Of a stretch of 64,000 nt of DNA, positions 58,073 to 64,000 are shown piece by piece; positions within the stretch are counted from its first letter, which is position 1, and each line of letters begins with the position of its first letter. The notes beneath the pieces are model-generated. The model was not told the DNA's origin, ran no database searches, and saw only the letters and a program-made list of their open reading frames with translations. Source of the stretch: Candidatus Staskawiczbacteria bacterium (lineage in GTDB: Bacteria; Patescibacteriota; Minisyncoccia; Minisyncoccales; Staskawiczbacteraceae); contig CAVZWH010000024.1 in NCBI GenBank assembly GCA_963778905.1, positions 12,498 through 76,497 of the forward strand, given 5' to 3'. The position numbers were made by a program, and so were the translations under genes.

Positions 58073-59203
58073 TTATTTACCTAAATCATTATTTTTTATA
58101 GTTTCCTTGATAAGTTCAGTTAATTCCTCCTTGCTAAGATTATATTTAACCTCTACATTCTTACCCTCAAAATCAACATTCCTTATAATTTCTATTTGTT
58201 TATCTGTCTCAAACCTCCCATATCCGCCAGAGCCGAAAGTCGTTGCAGTATATTTATGCCCGAAATTCTGGCTAAACGCCCGTTTCTGCTCCTCTGTAAG
58301 TGATAGTTTTGATATTTGCCTAACTAATAAATGCCTGAAAGTGTGCGGGTGGTAATACTTAACTCCCGCATTTATAAATCTTTTTTCAAAGATTTTTCTT
58401 AATGCTGTCTGTGCTTTTATAAATACTGGCTCAACTTTTCCTGTGTTGTAATAACCTATATTATCTTTGCCGTTTTCAATTTTAGTAGCGGGGAATATAG
58501 GATTTTCTGGCGTAAATCCTCTTTGCTTTTGCAAGTAATCATACCATTGCATAAAATAAGTTAAGGTCTCTTTGTAGAAAAAGGGGATTAAGACAGAGGT
58601 TATATTTGTTGAATTTTTTGTTTTTACTCCTAATTCAGTATGTTGGTATAAAACTTGTTTCTCTCGGTCAAAACTTTTCATTGGGAGCGTCATAATAGCC
58701 TCAATTCTCGCCCCTGTCATAACAGCCAAAGAAAGCAAAGCCTTGTCTCTCATTTCAATCTCGTTCTCTCCCTTGATATTCTCAATGGCTTTTTTAACAT
58801 CTTGCAAGTCGGGGCATTTTATATCTTTCGGTTGTGTAGCTTCCTGATTTTCCTTGTTAGTTAGGTGCAGATAATCAACAGCGTTATTATTGTTTATCCT
58901 TTTGTAGCCGTTTTGTTTTGATAACCAGTCAAAAAAAAGCCTTATAAATCGTAAAATATGATAGCTGTAAGTTAGGCTAACATTTTCTTGGGAGCGGACT
59001 TTTTTCTTATTTCTTAGCCAGTTGGTAAATTCAACCGCCATAGTCTCGTTAAAATTTTTAAAATCTTTATAATCGGTAAAATCCTCCCATAAACAAATAG
59101 CATTTTCGCACCTGTTAATGCTTTTGGGCGAAAATCTTTTATAGTTTTTAAGCCATTCGTAAAATTTCCTTTTTACCTGCTCGTTTTTATAAGTTGTTTT
59201 CAT
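58073..59203 (-). CDS. Tyrosine recombinase/integrase
   Basis: TGARIE (Arg), KTKN, HTFRH (HxxR), NFGH, GGYG (Tyr). Confidence 0.9.
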   Translation of the reverse strand: MKTTYKNEQVKRKFYEWLKNYKRFSPKSINRCENAICLWEDFTDYKDFKNFNETMAVEFTNWLRNKKKVRSQENVSLTYSYHILRFIRLFFDWLSKQNGYKRINNNNAVDYLHLTNKENQEATQPKDIKCPDLQDVKKAIENIKGENEIEMRDKALLSLAVMTGARIEAIMTLPMKSFDREKQVLYQHTELGVKTKNSTNITSVLIPFFYKETLTYFMQWYDYLQKQRGFTPENPIFPATKIENGKDNIGYYNTGKVEPVFIKAQTALRKIFEKRFINAGVKYYHPHTFRHLLVRQISKLSLTEEQKRAFSQNFGHKYTATTFGSGGYGRFETDKQIEIIRNVDFEGKNVEVKYNLSKEELTELIKETIKNNDLGK

Positions 59204-59273
59204 AATTTTGTTAGTTTAATTGGTTAATGGTTGAATATGGTATTTACGAGTAATAATAAATAACTATTTAATC

Positions 59274-59666
59274 TCATTGGCATACCCCCGAATACTTATT
59301 TAGCTTTGTCCCGCAAAACTCACAAATACCAGTTTTTTTAATTTGCTTATGGTTATCTTTTCCTATTGTTTTGCCAGTTTCAAGAGCTTGCTCACTGCCA
59401 GCTTTTGCTTTAACCCCTTTTCGGCATTTCATACATAAAAACTCATCTTCTTTAATATGTATTTTTCCTTTCTCCCGTTGTATTTTTATAAAATCTATTA
59501 AATCCTCCCCCCATATTAAAAATGGTTTTATTCCTTCAATGGTTGCTAACCCCTCCTCGTTAATCCAACGACGGCAAGTTTCACCGCCAACTCCCCAAAC
59601 AGCCGTTATTTCTTTTATTAAATAGCTTCTTTTTTCCGTTATTAAATTGATATTGTATTTAGGCAT
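59274..59666 (-). CDS. HTH plus zinc-ribbon protein
   Basis: SYLIKEI..WGVGGETCRRWINEEGL; CMKC...CEFC. Confidence 0.75.
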   Translation of the reverse strand: MPKYNINLITEKRSYLIKEITAVWGVGGETCRRWINEEGLATIEGIKPFLIWGEDLIDFIKIQREKGKIHIKEDEFLCMKCRKGVKAKAGSEQALETGKTIGKDNHKQIKKTGICEFCGTKLNKYSGVCQ

Positions 59667-59670
59667 AGGG

Positions 59671-59850
59671 TTATCTGTCGGTTTCTTGTTTAGGCTCTTT
59701 AATTTCTTTCTTTTTGTAAAGGTGCGGATTAACTCTCATATCAACCTTTAATAACAACTGAAAAAATCCCAACAAGTTCTGCTCGGCTTCATAATCGTCA
59801 ACCTCATCTATATTTTCATTATTTAGTTTGTCGGGGTTTTCCGCTTTCAT
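59671..59850 (-). CDS. Small hypothetical protein (59 aa)
   Basis: Read manually: MKAENPDK...YEAEQNLLGFFQLLLKVDMRVNPHLYKKK...TDR; 4-nt gap to the next gene. Confidence 0.65.
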   Translation of the reverse strand: MKAENPDKLNNENIDEVDDYEAEQNLLGFFQLLLKVDMRVNPHLYKKKEIKEPKQETDR

Positions 59851-59957
59851 ACTCCTATCCTCCCACGAGAAATGAACTTAAATAAATCTTAACAATAGCA
59901 ATAAAAAAAGCCGATTTTACTCGGCGTTTGAAAGTTGATATTTTCTATTAAGTTCTG

Positions 59958-61322
59958 TTAAGTTCTTTTAAGTTCTTTACTCTTTCTTTTTTTAAGAACC
60001 GAAAATTGCTTTTCTGTTATGATTTTTGTCTTTATTTCTGGGTTAATCATTCTAATATCCCGCCCAATGATAACATCTGTAAGGGTATATTTCCCGCCCA
60101 TATAAATCGGGCAGGCTTCATTATAATCAAAATAGTCTCTCATACTAACTGAAATATCTTTTACATTAGTCCTACTCTCTGGGCGTATGTTTTTATCTTT
60201 TATTTCTTGTATAAAAATTTGCCAACTCTCGGAAATGTCTTTTATCTCCCTCGTCTCGCCATAATCCTCATTAACGGCAACCGAGTGTTTGCCATTTTTC
60301 ATTTTTATTATTGTTATTTTTTCAACCTTGCTCTTTGGCTTTAATTCTTTTGTTTTCTTTTTACCTACTGGCTCTGCATTTTTAACCATCTCTTCTACAA
60401 CTCGCTGTTGTGATTTTGTCCGCAAAGAGGCTTTTTCGGCTTCGCTTAATTCGGGCTTCGGAGCGTCTAACATTCCGAACGCTCTGCTTTGCATTTCGTT
60501 TAATGCTTCAAGCCCTCTTAATGCCTCACTCTTTTTGCTTAAATCCTTAATCAAATAATTATGTATTGCGGTTGCGTAGTTGAGATATTTTTTCCGTTTA
60601 AGGTGAGTTGGGACAAAATGGGAGATTGTGCCGTCGCTAAAATCTTTCATTTTTTCAAAATCAATACGCACTAATTCAAGAGCCCAAAGGTCATACCAAT
60701 TTTTTGGCTCTGCATAAGCAAGTTTTCTAATAGTTTCCTCAACATTTCGGACAACTTCATAAACAAAAAGTAAATCTCCCCAAACGCCCCATTCCTCAAT
60801 TTCTGCCAGATTGTCATATAAGTATTTTAGGGCGTGAAATTCCCTTATCTTGGCTGTTATATTTATATTCCGAAAAAACATATCGCCATCTCTTTCCTCA
60901 ACAAATTTATCAACTAAATCTTTATGCCCGTTAATTTTGAGATGGTGTATTAGGTCGGAAAAATACTGGCGTAAAGTGTCTATTTTATATGCGGTAGAAC
61001 CTATTGTTTGCGGGCTTTCCTCTCTTTCATATCCTGCGATTATTTCAAGCGTTATCGGGTCGTCAATTTTCTGTTTTTTTATTTCTGCAAACAAATTATT
61101 TTTCAAAATGGCTAATTCGGCAATAGCCTCTTTTTCGCCGTTCTGAACCGCCGTTCTTTGCTTTATTGCCTCCCCTTTTAACTTATCGGCTATAACGCTC
61201 GTTTCTGGCGTTTCAATTATAAACTTTACATAGCTGGCTAAATCCTTAAAAAAATAATAATCGTCCTGCTGTTCTGCAAATGCTTTGTAATAACGCTCTA
61301 AATTTTCGGTCGTGTCGCTCAT
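59958..61322 (-). CDS. Hypothetical protein (454 aa)
   Basis: Long open frame; no recognised motif. Confidence 0.75.
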   Translation of the reverse strand: MSDTTENLERYYKAFAEQQDDYYFFKDLASYVKFIIETPETSVIADKLKGEAIKQRTAVQNGEKEAIAELAILKNNLFAEIKKQKIDDPITLEIIAGYEREESPQTIGSTAYKIDTLRQYFSDLIHHLKINGHKDLVDKFVEERDGDMFFRNINITAKIREFHALKYLYDNLAEIEEWGVWGDLLFVYEVVRNVEETIRKLAYAEPKNWYDLWALELVRIDFEKMKDFSDGTISHFVPTHLKRKKYLNYATAIHNYLIKDLSKKSEALRGLEALNEMQSRAFGMLDAPKPELSEAEKASLRTKSQQRVVEEMVKNAEPVGKKKTKELKPKSKVEKITIIKMKNGKHSVAVNEDYGETREIKDISESWQIFIQEIKDKNIRPESRTNVKDISVSMRDYFDYNEACPIYMGGKYTLTDVIIGRDIRMINPEIKTKIITEKQFSVLKKRKSKELKRT

Positions 61323-61405
61323 TGCTTTTTAAGTATTTAGTATTTAACTATTTTACTTAAAAAGTTAATCATTGTAAAGTAAGCAGAATAAAATTATTTG
61401 AATTA

Positions 61406-61434
61406 TTGCACTATAAATGAATGTGCTATATAAT
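61406..61434 (+). promoter_or_regulatory. Sigma70 promoter
   Basis: TTGCAC-N17-TATAAT. Confidence 0.65.
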
Positions 61435-61450
61435 ACAATAATTAACAATT

Positions 61451-62788
61451 ATGAATATCAAAAAATTGTTTTCTCCCAAAATACTAAATTACAAAGTTAA
61501 GACGCAGAAATACGGCTCAACTAATTATGTAAATTTGGATAATGCGGCTACAACCCCGCCTCTTTTGGCTGTGCAAAAAGGCGTTGACGATTATCTAATA
61601 AGCTATGGCTCGGTTCATAGGGGAGCTGGGACTAAATCTAAAATTTCAACAGATATTTATGAGGATAGCAGGGAAGTCATTAAAGATTTTGTTAATGCCC
61701 CAAAAGATAACTATGTTATTTTTACAACAAATACAACGGAGGCAATAAATACAGCCGCTTACTTTTTTTCGTTTTTGGAGGGCAAGGTTGCCGTTTCAGA
61801 AGTTGAGCATAGCTCGTCTTGGCTTCCGTGGATAGAAACAGAGGGAATAAAAATGCTCGGCTCAAAACAGGTGTCTTTATCCGAAGTTGAAAGCGAAAAT
61901 CAGAAAATACAGGAATTAGGGCGACAGCAAGTTATACAATATGATGTTAATGACGAGTTTGAATTTAATCTTGCGGACATTGAAAAAATACTCAAAGAAA
62001 ATAAAATAAAAGTCGTGGTCTTAACTGCGGCTTCAAACATCACTGGATATTGCCCCGATATAAAATCGGTAGGCGAGTTAGCTCATAAATACGGAGCTTA
62101 TTTTTTGGTGGACGCTTGCCAGTTTATCCAACATCACAAAATTGATATGCAAGCTATGGGTATTGATTTTCTTGTTGCTTCGGGACACAAGTTTTATGCT
62201 CCGTATGGCGACGGATTTTTAATTGGTGCAAAGAATTTTCTTGACGAATTTTTGCCCTACCAGATTGGAGGAGGTAATTTGCCGTATATAACGCAGGAGG
62301 GCGAGTTTCTACGCTTTAAGACGCAATTAGCTCACGACCCTGGCACTCCCAACGCTGTGGGAGCTGTTGCTATGGCTATTGCCTTAAAAGAATTAAAAAA
62401 GATAGGTATGGACGATATTGAAAAGCACGACGAGAAACTTACAACTAAATTATTTGATTATCTCGCTTCAAACCCAAAGGTTGAACTTTATGTTTCTAAA
62501 AAACATTTGACTACCGTAATACCTTTCAATATCAAGGGAATGGGTGCAAATGAAGTTGCAGAAAGACTGAATAGCGTTTATGGTATTGGCGTAAGGGCTG
62601 GGAGTTTCTGCGTATATAAAGTAGTTAGAAAATTACTACATATCACAGACGAAACAGAAATAATTAAATCCGTAAAAGCTGGAAGCACAGAAAAAGTTCC
62701 GTCGTTAGTCAGAGCTTCAATAGGTCTTTGCAATACTGAAAAAGATATAAAACGCTTAATTGAGGCAATTAAGGAAATAACTAAATAA
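61451..62788 (+). CDS. Class V PLP enzyme, SufS/cysteine desulfurase-like
   Basis: LDNAATT, SVHRG, NTTEAIN, EHSS, ASNITG, DACQ, SGHKFYAP, GTPN, GVRAGSFC (catalytic Cys). Confidence 0.9.
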   Translation: MNIKKLFSPKILNYKVKTQKYGSTNYVNLDNAATTPPLLAVQKGVDDYLISYGSVHRGAGTKSKISTDIYEDSREVIKDFVNAPKDNYVIFTTNTTEAINTAAYFFSFLEGKVAVSEVEHSSSWLPWIETEGIKMLGSKQVSLSEVESENQKIQELGRQQVIQYDVNDEFEFNLADIEKILKENKIKVVVLTAASNITGYCPDIKSVGELAHKYGAYFLVDACQFIQHHKIDMQAMGIDFLVASGHKFYAPYGDGFLIGAKNFLDEFLPYQIGGGNLPYITQEGEFLRFKTQLAHDPGTPNAVGAVAMAIALKELKKIGMDDIEKHDEKLTTKLFDYLASNPKVELYVSKKHLTTVIPFNIKGMGANEVAERLNSVYGIGVRAGSFCVYKVVRKLLHITDETEIIKSVKAGSTEKVPSLVRASIGLCNTEKDIKRLIEAIKEITK

Positions 62789-62795
62789 TTAAAAT

Positions 62796-63494
62796 ATGAA
62801 TACAACAAATGTTAAGCCGTCGCAATTAAACTACGATAAATACACCTCTGATAAATACGACAAAGACATTGTTAATTCAATCCCATTTCATAGACAAATC
62901 CATAGTTTAATGATTGATTTTGTTAGAGATAATTATAAACCCGAAGAAAAGCAGGAAATTCTTGATTTGGGAGTTGGGACAGCTATCACAAGCCGACTAA
63001 TAAAAGATGTTTTACCAAATGCTAATTTTGACTTGGTTGATTTCTCCCGACAAATGCTAAAAGGTGCAAAGGAAAAAATGGGGTCTGAAAATGCGAATTA
63101 TATTTTTGGAGACTATGCAAAACTGAAATTAAAAAAGAAATACGATATTATTATTTGTGTTATCGGACTACACCACCAAACTCACGCTGGCAAGAAACAA
63201 ATGTTTAAGAAAATATACGGCTTATTGAAACCCAAAGGAGTATTTCTTTTTGCAGACTTAATAACTTACCGAAATGAAAAAGAGGCGGCACTAAATCAAG
63301 CTAAACACTTTAAGCACTTGGCAGATAATACAGAGGACGATAAAACTCTGTCTGAATGGGCTTATCACCATTTATATCTGAACGATTTAGCTCCCATTGA
63401 AGACCAAATAAAATGGCTAAAAGAGGACGGCTTCAGGGTTGATAAAAAGTTTTTGCAATTCAATACAACCCTATTGATTTGTAGAAAAAAGTAA
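62796..63494 (+). CDS. Class I SAM-dependent methyltransferase (CmoA-like)
   Basis: YDKDIVNSIP, ILDLGVGTA, VDFSRQML, GLHH, LLKPKGVF. Confidence 0.88.
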   Translation: MNTTNVKPSQLNYDKYTSDKYDKDIVNSIPFHRQIHSLMIDFVRDNYKPEEKQEILDLGVGTAITSRLIKDVLPNANFDLVDFSRQMLKGAKEKMGSENANYIFGDYAKLKLKKKYDIIICVIGLHHQTHAGKKQMFKKIYGLLKPKGVFLFADLITYRNEKEAALNQAKHFKHLADNTEDDKTLSEWAYHHLYLNDLAPIEDQIKWLKEDGFRVDKKFLQFNTTLLICRKK

Positions 63495-63503
63495 GGTATT
63501 TTA

Positions 63504-63655
63504 ACGGACGAACCCTATAAGGCGAAATTAAAAGTTGAGGCGAGAGCGTCTAACTCAACCCTCATAGCCCGCCAGTCAAAAGTTCTAAGTTCGTCTAATA
63601 GAGGGCACAAACACATGCTAAGTCAGGTGACCTGGAGGCATGGCTAAAAAAGCAA
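63504..63655 (+). ncRNA. Candidate structured non-coding RNA, family not recognised
   Basis: GGACGAAC/GTTCGTCT, GTTGAG/CTCAAC, crossing CCCTC/GAGGG, CATGC..CAGG-tga-CCTG..GCATG; GC-richer than flanks; just before a terminator. Confidence 0.45.
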
Positions 63656-63658
63656 ACT

Positions 63659-63687
63659 AAAATCGCCATTTTTTTCGGCGATTTTTT
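63659..63687. terminator. Intrinsic terminator between convergent genes
   Basis: AAAATCGCC-atttttttc-GGCGATTTTTT. Confidence 0.8.
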
Positions 63688-63697
63688 GTTGCTCGCT

Positions 63698-64000
63698 TTA
63701 TTGCAAGGTTATCTTTTTGTCTTTGAGCGTCAATTGACTTTTAAGATATGAGAGCAGTTCACGTTTTTCGTATATCGTTCCTTCCGCCAATAAATATTTC
63801 GCATAATTCTTAATGTCAATTTCTGCGTTGCGTGAATCCTTTTTATGTCCGAGCACGCCAATCCTGAATTTGTTGAATCTGGCAATCTCTTTTTCTATCG
63901 CACCTTTTACTCCGATACTATCTATATCTATCCGGTCGATTAAATTTATCAGTTCGGCTATTAATCCTTGCTCATTAATCGGTGGATTTTTACAGTCAAT
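63698..64000 (-). CDS. C-terminal part of a probable second large serine recombinase (5' end beyond window)
   Basis: Read manually: IDCKNPPINEQGLIAELINLID...DIKNYAKYLLAEGTIYEKRELLSYLKSQLTLKDKKITLQ; resembles the post-zinc-ribbon tail of such recombinases. Confidence 0.6.
   Translation of the reverse strand: MDCKNPPINEQGLIAELINLIDRIDIDSIGVKGAIEKEIARFNKFRIGVLGHKKDSRNAEIDIKNYAKYLLAEGTIYEKRELLSYLKSQLTLKDKKITLQ

Larger units (their letters stand above)
51456..64000. mobile_element. Genomic island integrated at tRNA-Lys (right end beyond window)
   Basis: Recombinase overlaps the tRNA 3' half; strand switch; three recombinases, excisionase-like HTH, R-M cargo. Confidence 0.82.

Noticed and set aside
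61451-62788. DndA of a DNA phosphorothioation system
   Set aside because: No dndBCDE or ssp genes in the window, and the active site is SufS-type (RxGxxC) rather than IscS/DndA-type (SGSAC).

Overview
AT-rich bacterial chromosome segment in the standard genetic code. Gene content and style (FemABX + sortase, Trx-FTR fusion, UvrD-nuclease fusion, ApbE/RnfD-FNR cluster, mostly SD-less starts) suggest Patescibacteria/CPR (Parcubacteria-like); this is inference. 1-11 kb: serS end, a cell-wall cluster (hydrolase, membrane-anchored MurF, DegT aminotransferase, FemABX, FtsQ), then CAP protein, sortase and a 1099-aa Cys-rich repeat surface protein. 11-29 kb: recR (frameshifted), dnaB, cysS, dnaX, tRNA-Gln, LTA synthase, a second surface protein, a 273-bp MITE-like element, UvrD-nuclease and cfa (nonsense codon). 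29-45 kb: flavinylation redox cluster, ECF sigma/MacAB, MarR efflux operon, msrAB. 45-51 kb: a non-canonical tRNA, then grpE...dnaK-dnaJ. From tRNA-Lys (51.4 kb) to the end: an integrated island with two large serine recombinases, a tyrosine recombinase, type III R-M, and a SufS-like enzyme plus methyltransferase followed by a structured non-coding stretch. Most notable: (i) a family of 17-20-bp GC-rich palindromes (GACCC-Nx-GGGTACCCC) inside five unrelated genes with frames intact; (ii) a tRNA with an Ala acceptor (G3:U70) but a degenerate CUU anticodon loop, possibly a non-proteinogenic donor for FemABX; (iii) a shared non-LPxTG VSTG sorting tail beside a sortase; (iv) the SufS-like/methyltransferase/candidate ncRNA cassette. 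All calls come from motif recognition by eye; no searches were run.
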